Of a stretch of 64,000 nucleotides of DNA, positions 39,001 to 52,425 are shown piece after piece (the first letter of the stretch is position 1; each line of letters begins with the position of its first letter). The stretch is from Takakia lepidozioides (lineage: Eukaryota > Plantae > Bryophyta): positions 36,518,001 to 36,582,000 of the forward strand of contig CM060733.1 of assembly GCA_030704615.1 (NCBI GenBank), read 5' to 3'. The notes under the pieces were generated by a model. The model did no database searches. It had not been told where the DNA came from and saw nothing but the letters and a program-made list of their open reading frames with translations. The translations under genes and the position numbers were made by a program.

Positions 39001-40846
39001 ACCCCGGGGCCCGGCCACATCCCGGCGAGTATACGCGGAGGGGCGGTCGCGCGTGCGAAGCAAAAGTGGCGGCAGACAGAGGGGACGGGCGGCAGGCCGC
39101 GGCACATGGTGCCATAAGCAGCGGCCGCAGCGGGTGACCGCGCGTCCTGCGTGGCACGTGCGGCCGCACGCCGCAGCGGCGGGCCCCACCGGGCCGCAGC
39201 TTTGCATCGGCGCCTGGCCCCCCGCCAGCCTGGCCGCCGTATGGGACCCCGCCACGCGACCCTCTCTTTGGTGGCGCGCTGTCATTCACCGTACGCCCGC
39301 CGATTCTCTGGCCGGCCCGTCGCTTTTCCCCGTTTTTCGGAGACGGGGCGCTGGGCCGGGCGACCCGGCGATGGAATACATTTCGCAGTGATGCAGGCGT
39401 ATGCGGGAATGTATGTACAACGCCGGGCCGGGCTTTAAGTCGGAGGGATTCATTGTGGGCAGCGCTGCGGTGGTTATTTAATGGATGGAATGGGGTTACT
39501 GGAATGGAGCACTGTAGCTTACTTATAGCCTGCATTACGGCTTAGAATGTCAATCCGACCAGATAAATTTTGCGAGGCGCAGAGAGTTGCAGCTTTTGTG
39601 TTGCGCGCGAGATCCTTTGCGCTGCTCGCTATCCAGCCCCCATTCCCCAGTGGGCCCGGACAGCAGTGAGATATAGTACCCAAAACCTTGCTGCAGTTTA
39701 TTCCAACATGGAAGACAAGCCAAGTAATGACTGGTAAATGTGTAAGAGCCGAGCAATGGGTGCGAGTAAGCAGCAGCTTGCGATATTAAAAGCCGGGATC
39801 TTTTGAGAAGGGGTGAGTTTGAAGGCAGCGGACTCACAGTCACAATAAAGACACGGTCCTCGGTCCTTCCCCTCTGCCACTCTGCGCGTTTAAATATGCT
39901 TGGCAGTACCGCCACAGCGCGAGCTTCCCAGTAGGTGGAAGGGCGCCACCGAAAACCCATGCTGAACTTATTATGGAATAATTGAACGCCCCAGAGCAAA
40001 GCTAGTTACGGCCACCTCATGGCGACGACGATGGAGCGAGAGAGAAAAGCGTGCCGGCCAAAGGGTGGCACGACTGCTGCCGGGGTGGGTGGAGGGCGCG
40101 CACGGCAAAAGCTGACTGACGCCTGTCGGTCTTCACGAGCGCTCGTCCCGTCGCAGTACTCGTCCGTCGCGCTGCCCCCTGCCCGCTACTCTGCCCGCTC
40201 CCCGCCTGCCCGTACGGGCTACTACCCGCTACTCTGTCGGCCGCTCGTGCTCGCAGTTTCGGTATTCCCAATACACTCTTAGTCAGCCCTTGCGGATTAA
40301 TTACTGCTAGTACTTTATTAATTAACAGAAAGTATGATTATTTAGTACTAATTACTCTTAATTAACCTCCAGTGAATAAGCCTGCTCTAATTCTAACCTG
40401 CCCCTAAATTGTTGCCTGTTAACAGCTTTTTGTTTCGTTATAAAGTCTTATTATTACTTGTTCGGCCCTTTGTACTTGTTTGAAGCTAAGTTTGAACACG
40501 AAATCTAGTCCCATGTAATTGTAATTCATTTATTCTAATTTGGGCTACAAATAAAACGAGGAGTATTAATTGTAATTGTAATTATCGATAATTGTCCGAA
40601 AAAGTGGGTAGTAGGAGAGGATTCATTCATCTGCTTACCGCTAAAACCTCAGCTCCTTTGTTGGAAGGATGCCTGAAAAGGAGGGTGATGGATAAAACAA
40701 CAATGAGCACAGGAGTGGGATACTGCCCAAAATGGCCTCTCCATGTGGGCCCTCACTCTGTCACTAAATCTCTCACTCCGCAGTAATGCTTGATTTTATT
40801 ATCCTAAATATAGTGAAATAAATTTTTTAGGGTTTGGTGTCGATTG

Positions 40847-41364
40847 GAGTGCATACCAGTGTTGTTCTGGTATCAGTGTTAGGACATACCAGACTGGTCC
40901 TGGTACCAGACGTATCACAAAAAAATTATACCAGTCTGGTCTATATAATGGTGGATGTATAATTCTCTACATACTGGTATGAGTATGAGTATCATGACCA
41001 CAATATGAGCTGGTACGAGATATCAATTCTGGTATCATTCCAAAGCCATCTTGAATTACAAGTTTATCACTAGCAAGTATCAAGTGCAAACAAATACAAT
41101 ATAAATAAAGAAATAAATATACATAAGTACAAGTATGTAGGTATATATATACATAAATTAATATAGTATACATACCAGAGTAAATGAGGAAGACGGTGGG
41201 GAAGTACTGGTATTGAGGCTGGTATGAAAAAACTGATACCAGCCTTATGACCCAGTATTCTCCCAAATGATACCAGACTTGGTCTGATATCTAATACCAG
41301 TGCATATACCAGTATTTTATACCAGTCCTTCACCTATATACCAGACCAACACTGGTGCATACTA
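40847..41364. mobile_element. MITE / non-autonomous (possibly hAT-like) element
   Basis: Imperfect TIRs of about 27 bp (gagtgcataccagtgttgttctggtat and ataccagaccaacactggtgcatacta) plus many internal ATACCAG/CTGGTAT repeats. A related fragment lies at about 11570-11800. No TSD was identified. Confidence 0.6.
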
Positions 41365-43395
41365 ATTTTTGGGTGTAAATATTCTTAATATAGTGGGAAT
41401 CTCCTTTCTTTTCTTTCTTATTTTCTGGTGCCCTGCTTTTTCAAATTTCTGGATGCCCTATCATTCCTCAAAGGGCTCATCCAGGCTTATTTGCATTTTG
41501 AGGTCGCAACCGCCGGAACTATCCCGATCCCGCACATTTATGTGAGTGGGACTGAAATACTCCTTTCTCCTAAGGTATATGATGACCCATGACCACTCCG
41601 ATTCCGGTAATCTAGTATGCGGATGGACGATGATAGGCGAAATTCTCCCCGACACCGACCCGAGTTGGATGAGCTATCATTCCATAACTTATTATGTTAC
41701 AATAGTTGAAGGGGGAAATAAAAATAAAAATAAAAATAAAGAATTGTGTGGGGATCCCTAAAACACGACCAAATTCCGGGGGCAGCGGGAGGCTCGCTGG
41801 GAATCACGGGCCTCCCGCCCATCACGTACACTGCCTCGGCTGGCTTCAAGTCAGTCAATTCCGTGACTACAAGTCAGTCATTGAATGGTGTCACATCCCT
41901 CAGTCAAGTGTGCGGGGCCTGCATACACACCGCCCCACACAGGAGAGGGCCTTGTAATTAGGGTTAGCAAGGTCAACGAAGAATGGCAAGGAAGGGGCCC
42001 CAACGAGAGAGAGCGAGTGGGCCCTCGCAAATCCAGAGCGCCGCAGAGCCGAGGCATCCTTCAGGAGTTGTTCCTGCGAATCAACCATCGGGGCCTAACT
42101 CAGATCATCCAAGTCGCACATGAATGATAACCGCAAAACGGATGCACAACACGCGGATGAACGCACACCTCCATTTAGAATCTGAGTGTCCGAAAAGACT
42201 GAAGCGTGACAGGGGCTGCAGAATTCGACACGTCAGCCCTACTCTGCGCTCGCCGAAATATCGGCGACACGTGACTCCATCAGGATGACCGGTCACAACC
42301 ACCGGCAGAACCCGGTGGCCAGTGTACGCGCCCGTCTACAGTATCGCCACAACCGACCCCACCGTACGCGGGTTAGGCTTACAGTCCAGATGTGGTTATC
42401 CCGGGCAGCCCGTGAAATAAAAGTTGCAGATTCGCACAAACATCCACTGCACCTGACCGTTGGGTAGCGCCCCAATCCCGCCTAACCGGGCCATGAATCC
42501 CCTCCCGGCCCCACCGCCCGGGTTGTTAGCCCGCCCCCCTCGCAGCGCACGCAGACCGTTAAATACCGGTTCCTGGCCCCCCACTTGCAACCCCGCTTAC
42601 TAAGTAAGACATTAGCGATCGATTAGTGAGTGATTAGTGACTGATTAGTGAGGGGTTAGTCAAGGGGTTAGCGCGGGGGGCACTAGATTTGGTAGGGGGC
42701 AGCATTCACGTGGCGCGGGCACGGGCAGGGGGGCGACGGCCAGTTTCCGGTCGGGGCCAGGGCGGGGCCAGCATTATTAGTGCCTGACTCGTAGCCGGGC
42801 CCTATCACTAGTGTGCTGTTGCGTCTCTCCCGTCGTCTGCTGCTCAGCACTGCGCACTCCCTCTCTCGCTGTCTGGCTGCTCTGCCGGCTGCTCGCGCGC
42901 TTGGGCTTTTCGTGTGTGGGGGCCCTGGGGGGTGTTGAGCTGCAGAGGGGCGGGTTGTAAGCTGCACTGTAGCTCTGTCTCGTTGACTGGCCTCTGCCAT
43001 ACTCGCATAACTCTTCCTCCAGGGTCATTCCTGTTTCTTCGGAAATCTTTCTGGGACTGGGTCAGTAGTAGTAGTGTGTGTGGGTGAGAGCCGCTGGAGA
43101 TCCAGACACAGAGGGTTGCGGTCTTGCTATCCCTCGCTGAGCTAGTCACTTGTCGGGGCACTGTGAGGGTCGTGTGGAGAAGCCGGCGGAGTGAGAGTTA
43201 GAGGCTTGAGCAGTCTCTCCCGGTGAATGTTCATTGCAAACTTGTGAGCATTGTGTTGCGAGTAGGAGGGTTGTGGTGGAGGTGGAGAGAAAGGTTGTTG
43301 AGCAAGAGAGAAGGAGGTGGGTGCAGTGGATGGGCTTGTACGTGGAAAACTAACTTCTTCCCACCGTTGCTTAGTTCAGTGTTGATTAAGCAACC

Positions 43396-46300
43396 ATGGA
43401 CTTCTCTCACAGCTCGGCGACGTCAGCTGGCTTAGCAAGTAATAACTTGGCTTTTGGGGAACGGGCACTGTCCAGCCTCACATCTGAGCTCGGGGAGAAT
43501 CGACAGAGGCTTTCCATGCATACGATGAATTCGTCGAACTCGACTGGTTCGCTGTCGCCCAACCACATGGGGCTGAAGCAGTGCAGGTCAGCATCGGACA
43601 TGGATTTAGACGACCGACGTGGGGGTGGGCCTCTTAAATTAGCGCGAACGGATTCATTCCCTTGTCGCCAGTCCGACTTGAAGATGCAGATGAATGGCAG
43701 TCCTACAGGAACGATTGTGCGCAGCAGTTCTGTTGTGTCTGATGGAAGGCTGGGATGTTCTCCTACAAACTCTTGTGCCTCGGATGGTGCCCTTCTAGGC
43801 AATGACCATGGCAATGTGGTGACTGACGCGAGGCTTATGCGAAGCGATTCTGTTGTTTCGGCGCCTGCATACGCAGGTTCTCAGTCTGGTGGAGGAAGAC
43901 CTCTTTCGTATCATCATCAGGCTGCTTATCACTACAAGCCTTCTGGTGAAGCTCAGCAAACTGTGGTATTGTTGCAAAATTGATGTTTGTGGTAAAGTGA
44001 GATGGAGGTTTTGGCAATGCTGCAGTACGAATCACTCATCGTACACTCTCAATTCAAACATGTTAAAGCTTGTGCACCCGGGCTATTGCTAGTCCTCGCC
44101 CTCTAGCTTGCATACCTGGCAACTGTATTGTTTTTTACAGGCCATGACACAGGCCGTGGACAGTCAGTTGGTTGATTCCTGTACATACTAGAATGTAGCG
44201 CACTCACTTCAGAAGACGAAGCTCGATGTGTGTATTAACTTGATGGGTTGGGCTGCAGGTACCACACTCTCAATGGGGAGGGAAAGCATGAATCACATGG
44301 GTCAGTCTGTGCACAACTCCGTAAGTGGGGCACGTGCTCCTTTCACGCCTGTACAGTGGGCTGAACTCGAGCACCAGGCCCTCATTTTCAAGTATATGAT
44401 GGCTGGTGTGAATGTTCCGCCAGAGCTTTTAAACCCCATCCGCAAGAGTGTGGCTGCGCTAAACGGCCTAACTGCCTCCCATCACGCGACTAATTGTAAG
44501 TAATAGCGGTTTCGCACCCTGGGTCTGTCTGCATTCCCTTTTATCTTCCCCTAGCCCCTTTCCGATACAATGTGGTTCGAATGTCCGCCTCCCAAGGTTG
44601 TTGCTTGTACTGTGAAACATGTTTGTACAAGGCAGACTGCCTTCTTTCAGTTCCTTCGACCGGTTGAAGAACGTCACAATGCTCCTTGTTATAATATAGG
44701 GTTGATTCCTTCGTATGGACTGGGAGGTCTTCCAACCTCAAGGCTGAGTAGTTAGCAGTGCTTGAAGGGTTTTGAAGTCTTGCAGGGACGTTAGCTTGTT
44801 TGAATCTGCAGAGTCGTGTTTTGCTTGATGTTGATATTGGAAACCAACTGTCTGGGTGTGTTTCGCGCAGTGGGATGGGGTACATTTCACCTTGGTGTGG
44901 CCAACAACACAGACCCTGAGCCTGGGCGATGCAGAAGAACTGATGGGAAGAAATGGAGGTGTTCACGAGATGTGGTCCCTGACCAGAAGTATTGTGAGCG
45001 TCACATGCACCGGGGTCGTCATCGCTCTCGCAAGCCTGTTGACGGGCAGGCCAACTCACCTTCTCAATCGGGTTCTGCTACGTCATCGGGCTCCGCCTCG
45101 TCGGTCAGTGTTGGGGCAGCACGGGGAACGACGCCCAGTTCGGGGTCAAGTCTAACTCACAGCAACTTGAGACCTTCCAACTTGTCTGGGAATCCCCAGT
45201 CTGCCAGCGCCCTCGGTGCGAAGAGCTTTTCTAGCCCTCACTCGGGCAGCGGCTCTGGTGGTTTGTCCGTCGGATCTTCTGCTGCTGCATCCTCACAATT
45301 CCAGCTCCCCAGTCTTTCATCTCCTTCGGGAACTTCATCACTCGCCAATAAAGAATACAGGTGCACACATTATTCAGTCTGCCCTTCTGCCACCACTGAG
45401 CTGCAGATAGTGTAGTCTGGAACAGTGTTTCACGTAGACAGCGTTCTTTCTCTCTTAGGTCTTGCGGGATCTGGAGTTTCTGAAGTATATTATTTCGACT
45501 AAGCACCTGACTTCAAATGTGCCAAAAGTCCATTCTTGCCCAGGACCATTCCCATCAACAGACTGCACTTGAGTGCGCAACCTTTGAGGGTCCTGGGAGG
45601 TAATGTTGTGAAAATGTGGGATGCATCTGGCAGGTACTTGAATGGAATGGTCAAATCCGAGCTGGGCATGGGACCAGAACAGATGCTGTTCTCAGAAGCG
45701 TCAGGCAGCACACGAGGGCTAAGTCAAGATGCCCAGACGTTGAGCAACTTGTCGAGGTTGCCAACAGTCAATCAATCATGGCATACCATGTCATCGAAAG
45801 TACCTCCGGCACCTCAACCCAAGTCGAGCACCAGCCCTCTACTACACTACAGCTCTCCCCAGATGAGGGGTCTCTTGGGCCAGGACTTTGGACTGGAAAC
45901 AGGCCAACTCTCGGCTATGGCTGCCCCTCAAGCGCAGCATTCGTTTTTGAGCAATGGCTATGGTGTGGATTCCGGAGTCGGGCGGGAGCCGGAGGGACAG
46001 CCACTGCGGCATTTTTTTGATGATTGGCCTCGGACGCGCGATCCGAGTGCACTAGCGTGGGGATCCGATGTAGATGACTCGGAACGTGCCAATTCTCGAA
46101 GCAACCATTCATCAAACAACACGCAACTCTCGATCTCCATTCCCATGACTGCTGCATCGGGAGACTTCACAGCACAAAATTCCAGCAGCCCTCCCCGAGG
46201 CAAGTTAACTCTCTCACCCTTGAAGCTCTCTATGTCCAGGGCGGGGGAAGAGATGGATGCTCTTGGGGTAGACCCCACGCACATGGGGCTCGGGGTTGGA

Positions 46301-46633
46301 TTGGGTGGCCTGGCTGGTGACTCGGACCGGCACCGGCAGACCACTTGGATTCCCATCACTTGGGAAACCCCTGTAGGTGGGCCTTTGGCAGAGGTTTTGC
46401 AGTCGAGTACCCCCAGGGCTGCTGGCGTCTGTAAGAGCTCAGGCCTCAACTTGCTGTGTGATGGATGGGACAGTTCCCCGCAGGACTCTCCGCGCCGCCT
46501 TGCATCCCCTACCGGCGTCTTACAGAAAGCCACCTATGGCTCTTACTCTGATTCTAGTACCAGTAGTGGTAGCAGCCCAAGGACGTTGCCAACTGAGCCA
46601 GGCGTGAAACTCTTCGAAGCCCCATGCTTTTGA
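43396..46633 (+). CDS. GRF: Growth-regulating factor transcription factor; exons 43396-43945, 44259-44495, 44871-45360, 45634-46633 (758 aa)
   Basis: QLQ domain ([20 protein letters not shown]), WRC domain ([17 protein letters not shown]...CERHMHRGR), and the FFD, TQL and GGPL motifs. All three GT-AG introns join in frame (phases 1, 1, 2). Confidence 0.95.
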
Positions 46634-49469
46634 ATGGGATCAGCACCTGACTTAGTACATGCGGTGATATGTGATGAGCCAGCCTAAGCTAGTCCTCTGC
46701 CAATCAGACAACACTAGGTTCTGGGCCGTGCTACTCTAGTCAGTGTGACTTTCATTGTGTATGTGTATGAGTGTGTTGCAGAGAGGGGAAATGCTGGAAT
46801 TGTAGCAATAGTCTATCTAAGCTGAAGAGAGAGAGAGGCAAGGGCCCAGGGAGGTTCGCTCGTGGGGAGACCATGGGGGATTGATAGATAGCGTTGCTAA
46901 TTGGCAACCAATTTATTCACCATCATGTTCGGCCCTGCAGGATCCGGGTGAATGACCAGCTGTCAGTGAGTGAGTGGGGTGAAGCCAGCAGTCAGTCTGA
47001 GGGTTGTGCTCACAAGCTTTTGCGGCCTCCCTTTTCCCTTGCGGTACTAGAGTCTGTACCATTGAGAGCCCCGACCTCTAGGCATGCCCACTGGACAGGC
47101 CTGTCATCATGTTGGGCAGTTGGTTCTGCCAGTCAGATAGGACGGGTTTGCCAGGGAGTGCCCAAGGCGCCTTTGTACACTAACTTGAAAGGCTGGCACT
47201 CTTCTCTGGGTGATTGTACAATTACTTTGCTGTTGAAAGACAATTTGAAACATTCTCTCACTCTTGTTTGTATAGAGGCCTAGAGTGGTTCTATGTCTGG
47301 GCTGCCATTGTTAATGAGCGACATTTGGACTTCCTCACCAGATTGGATTCGATTGCATGCATGGGTTCATTTAGCTTTCATCTGTAGGCAGCCAGTTTTC
47401 CCAAAGTCTAAAGAGCCGATGCAATTTGGGAGAGTATGTTTCGGTGTGCTTGTGATTCCTGTTTTACGGTCCAGGATGAATCCTTTGTCCTTGTTTAGTG
47501 TGCTCTCCGGAACAATTGAATCTCAAATATTTGCGTGAATTGAAATCATGTTTGTAATAGTGTTGGCCGAGATTTCCACTTGCTTTCTTTAGTCGAACAG
47601 CGGGCTGGAATACTTGGATTCAAGCACAAGACTTAATTGCCATGGATTCAATTGTGACTTGTATGAGAAGCTGTAGACTTGTCGTCTAGAGAACAGTACT
47701 GAGAAATTCTCACTGCAGTGTCCATGCCTGGCAACAACGTGAAGAAGTATGCCAACGGCGTGAAATCGAAAATGCCAGATTGATCGTTTATGTCTCAAAG
47801 GAATCTTCACATAGTAGATGTCGACTACGTAGTGGCTGTCCAGCTCGGTTAATGCCTCAGCTTTGGGTACAAGATCAGCGGTTGCACTGAGAATTCATCT
47901 TTCACTGAAGTAGAACTTCATCATCGGCTGCAAGTCAGTTCACCCCTCGAGAGATCGACAGTACTGCAAGCAATACTCATGACACGTGCTTGAACTGTTA
48001 GGACGTTTTGCTTCTTAGAGCAGTTGCGACTAAAGTTGAAGCCCTTTGTCCGAAAGAAGTCAGTACTGCAACAAGTAAGCTCTGCTCTAGGTTCCTCTGA
48101 GTTAGTTCCTGCAACAGTCACGACTCACAATTGCGCAGTGAAGCACCTCTCTAGACCCACCTACACGGAAACAATTCAAACTAAACAGAGTTATTACACA
48201 TTGCGAACCTGCAGGCTGCTGGACTCGCAAACACGCAAACAGAGCACATTGTCTTTAGGATCTGGATTGATGCAATGGTAACTATCCAGCTATCATCGTA
48301 AAAAGGATCTAATGAAACACAGGAGCAAGTCTGTTGAGAAGTTGCAGTCAGCATCTAAGAAGACAGCCGCCTCTCCAGTCTGGCTACAATAGCGCTAATC
48401 CCTTCGGAGACTCGCCCACTAGATGCAACACAGTAGAAACGTACCAATCCTACACCTCCATGCATCCAGTTTCCACACTGGTACTCTATATAGATTTGTA
48501 AGGCGTCATCTACAGAGTCTCATCTTTTCGAAGCAATACAACATGACAGTAGGGTATGAAGAGCAATTGTAGGAGTAACGAGTCCATCACTTCTCCTCCT
48601 CGCTACAACTCAGATCCTTCAAAGTAAACAATAACCCTACCATCTCTTTCCGGTTTCAAGGGTGGTGTAGTATAAGTGCAGCTCAAAGAGGCCAACTGTG
48701 AATCTTGCTTTGTATACTTCGTGGCTAGTGCTAGGGAGGACTGGTGTGAATGGAGTTACCAAACACTACATAGAACACAGTGGGATGAAATTGAGAGGCA
48801 TGAAATGAGATTGGGTAAAATGAAGAGCTGTTCAATGTGGGTGATTCCACTTTTAGAAAATACACCCATCCAGTTGTAGATGCATTATGTATATCACAGG
48901 AAATCGTTCACTGATCAAGATGTGTCAAACTTTTTGGGACCTAGATTACTTAGGATCATGTCCAAGTTCAAATCTAGATGTGCAGTGGCTCACCCAGCAT
49001 TTTGAAACAATTGATGGCTTCCAAACCCCCCTCTATAAAGAACCAAACAAACAAGCGATTTCTCATTCACATGCATTCTCTTTACTCATGCAAGGGGTAT
49101 GTGACATCAATAGGATTTGTTGGCTCCTCCCTATAAGGGAGAGACCAGGCATTGGTGCCAAAAATGAGTAAGATCCTGATATACCTCCACTAGATAGTAC
49201 CTAGATGAAGCACATAATCCTCCCCCACTCCAATGCTGTACCTGATTGGATAAGACCCATAAGTGAATCTTACACATGTAAAATATGAATGGATGGATGA
49301 TTGAATGGATGAATGAATGTGTAGGATGAATTACGATGGATGAGTGAATGAATGTGCTCAAGTTTAGGGTTGTGTTGCAGGGGCTGGGACTCCGTGTTTT
49401 TTGGGGTTTGCGTCTTCTTAGTGCCAAAGCACGGTAGATGGTCTTGTTGATCTGCAGGATATGCATAGC

Positions 49470-51300
49470 TTGGGTGGACAACCGCAATCGCATGGTGTGG
49501 CTTTTCCTTAGTACGATGTGAAGAAGTTTGTCCATCCTGCAAAGGTGGGCTCTTGGCTCCTGTTAGTACCATGATTTGGCATTCTTCCTTATGTTTACAA
49601 GGTTCTTGGGAGAGTCGGCTTGGTCTAGCAGGCCGTGTTTCAATCTCGTCCCGCTCAACTGCACCGTGGTGGTTCTCACAGACCAATCCGACATTACCTG
49701 ACTACAGACACAAGCAGCACACACAAGAGGTGGGTAGTCAAATCCTCGATGGGTCATGACACAAGGTCGAGGACAATGTGGTGAGGGCACCTTCTTCTTC
49801 GACCTATTTCAGCCTGTATGCCCTCTCATCAGACTCAGCCCTAAATTTGCAGCACGGAGCAGAGCTGGCATGAGTTTTTTGAAGATCCTTCATGATGGTG
49901 GAACAACCGCAATTGCAAGGTGAGGCTTTTCCTTAATGTACGATTGGGGCGTTTTCTAGAACATGGTTGGGGTGTTTGCTAGAACAAATGTAGGCTGTCA
50001 TTGTCAGTTGCTAGCAGCAAGGCCCGGATGTATGCATGATTTGTGCAGAGCATGGATAGCTTAAGGAGCAGGGGTAGAGTTTGGGTCCAGATTCATCCAA
50101 GAGGACCGGATTTCAAGCTCAATATTACCTATGATACCCTGTGGATCCATTGCTGCAAAAAACCTGCATGGGTAGATGGTCAACTGGAAGCCGCAGCAGC
50201 AGCAGCACAATTGATAAAATGAGGCACTGCTAATGAAGGTACCTTCTTCAACACATTTCACCCTGATATTCCCTCTTATCAGAATCGGCCCTAAAATTCC
50301 ATGTTGAGTTCTGCAAGTTAGCTGGTTGAGTGAATCTTTGATAGTTTGGAGTGACTTTGACATGATACTGCCAACGTGACAACAGGAAAGTATCCAAAAA
50401 CACGTAACAGAGATGAGGAGTAGCTGTGGAATGAATAATTTTCTGATCCCAGTCAATGGTGGGACAACCAAGGCAAAAAGATGAATGCCTGTTAGATTAC
50501 AGAGAGTAGCAGGCGCAATTCAGCATAGGAACTAGTGTGATAAGCTGAGTTGGGTGTTTCCTAGAACAAATATAGGCTGTCATTATCAGCTGCAAGGCAA
50601 GGATGTATGCATGATTTGTGCAGAGGCAGTGATAGCTGAAGGGGCAGGGATAGAGTGTCAGTCCAGATTCATCCAAGAGGGCCAGATTTCAAGCACAAGA
50701 TTACCTATGATTCCCTGTGGATCAATAGCTACAACAAACCTGCATGGGTAGATGGTCAACTAAAGGCAGGTGCTGCAGCGGCGCCACAGTTGATAAAATC
50801 AGGCACTTTAACCATGACCACAGCTTCTGAAAGAGGATCAAGAGAGGGAGTCCACAATGCCTCTTCTGGCACTTCTGGGCATGTGAATATGCTTTGTGAG
50901 GCAGGCAGACTGAAAGAGGCTCTACAGACTTTAAACCAAGGAGACATTTCAGCAGATTCAGATACATATGTCTGTCTGTTGCTCAAGTACATGTCCAATG
51001 ACACCCTAATGACGTTCTAGGGTCTTACTGCTTAGAGGGAGAGATTGTAAATGTAAAGTTTCTTTCAAAGGAACTGCAGAAAGGGCCCTGCCATTTGCAA
51101 TGGATATTGGATGCCTTTGCGCTGTGCATGTGTGGATTATGACGTCCGAGTGAATCATGTGCCAAATGGTGAAGGGTAAAGGAATCCTTTTGTCTATCAT
51201 TTTCTTCCATTTGGAACCTGGCAATTGCTGGGGTTCATCAGCACAGCTCCTGGGACGCCATGCCTATCTGCATTGGCAGTAACCTTGGATTTGTGGTAAT
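49470..51300 (+). pseudogene. Decayed PDF-PPR-DYW paralog with tandem PDF modules and the PPR array almost entirely deleted
   Basis: PDF half-exons at about 49474, 49861-49920 (WHEFFEDPS*WWNNRNCK|GT), 50091-50200 (IHPRGPDFKLNITYDTLWI) and 50410-50480 (LWNE*FSDPSQWWDN). 50667-50990 runs from IHPRGPDFKHK to LCEAGRLKEALQTLNQGDISADSDTYVCLL. A DYW scrap (LAIA.GFISTAPGTP) lies at about 51216-51300. Confidence 0.8.
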
Positions 51301-52199
51301 CATAATATATAAGCTGTTGTGCTAGTCTGGACCACTGTACTCTGCCACTTCAAACCAGTGGAAGCTGACTCCAACCTGGACTTTTGGTTGATTGACTATT
51401 CACAAATGAGTCTCACATGTTTATAGTTTTCATCAGGGTCAGCCTGAAGAATTGTCGTTTGCAGAGCATGGTGAGGGGTTGCAGGTTTTGCATTATGAAG
51501 AAGATCAACAATATGAGGCACATTATGATTACTTTCATGATACGTTCAATACCAAGAATGGTGGGCAGCGTATTGCTACTGTACTTATGTACTTGTAGGT
51601 GATCTCTTTCTCAAACTTTAAAAGCTCGAGTATTTAAGTATCCATTACTGCAGCTACTTGATTAACCCCATGTTTTTTATAACCTTTATTTGGAGGATCA
51701 GGCGTGATATAGAGTTTAGTAGCGTGTCAATTTTCAGTCGTACACTACTTGGGCATTTGACATGCCATGAGGATGGCCCTGCAGAAAGCCTTGGACTGCA
51801 AAAGTAGTCAGATCCTGTCTGTTGTGAGATGCACATTGGCTAGGTTCAGGCAACATGCAGTCCGGGGAGATTATGCTGAGTCGCTGAGTGTCCATGGAGC
51901 AAGACAGATGTAGAGGAGGGTGGCGAGATGGTGTTTCCAGCATCACAAGTGAATGGCACTCTGGTGCCGGGTTGGGACAAGCTGTCAGAGTGTGGCAAGT
52001 CAGGCCTCTCAGTGCGGCCACACATGTTCCTATTCTTCCTTTCTTTCTCTCAGTTTAATTTCATTTCATTTCTCTTTGTTTAATGAAGTTGTTGTTTTTT
52101 TTTTTTTCCCTTACTATTCCTGGTAAGCCACATGTGATGATGAAGATTTTGGTGATGCGAGTGCCCTTCTTCCCTGTCTATTGCCGTGCATGTGAAGTG

Positions 52200-52425
52200 C
52201 AATATTTCAGTACATCAAAATTTCAGTATTTCAATCAAGTTTTTCAGCAAGTATTTCAGTATTTCAGCAAGTTTTTTAGCAAGTATTTCATCAAGTATTT
52301 CAGTATTTCAGCGAGTATTTCAGCGAGTATTTCAGTAAGTATTTCAGCGAACACTTCAATATCTCAGTTAGTTCTTCCACGAGTATTTCAACATTTTAGC
52401 TAGTATTTCAACAAGCATTTTTAAT
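52200..52425 (+). repeat. Degenerate minisatellite of about 12-bp units (AAGTATTTCAGC)
   Basis: Repeated gtatttcagcaa/gtatttcagcga units. Confidence 0.9.

Noticed and set aside
38752-40282. Many overlapping Arg/Pro/Ala-rich ORFs in GC-rich patches
   Set aside because: Expected by chance in stop-poor GC-rich DNA; no domain signal.
42001-42014. Partial miR535-like sequence CAACGAGAGAGAGC
   Set aside because: Low-complexity GA match with no star arm.
47589-48281. Short ORFs downstream of GRF
   Set aside because: No recognisable homology or consistent exon structure.
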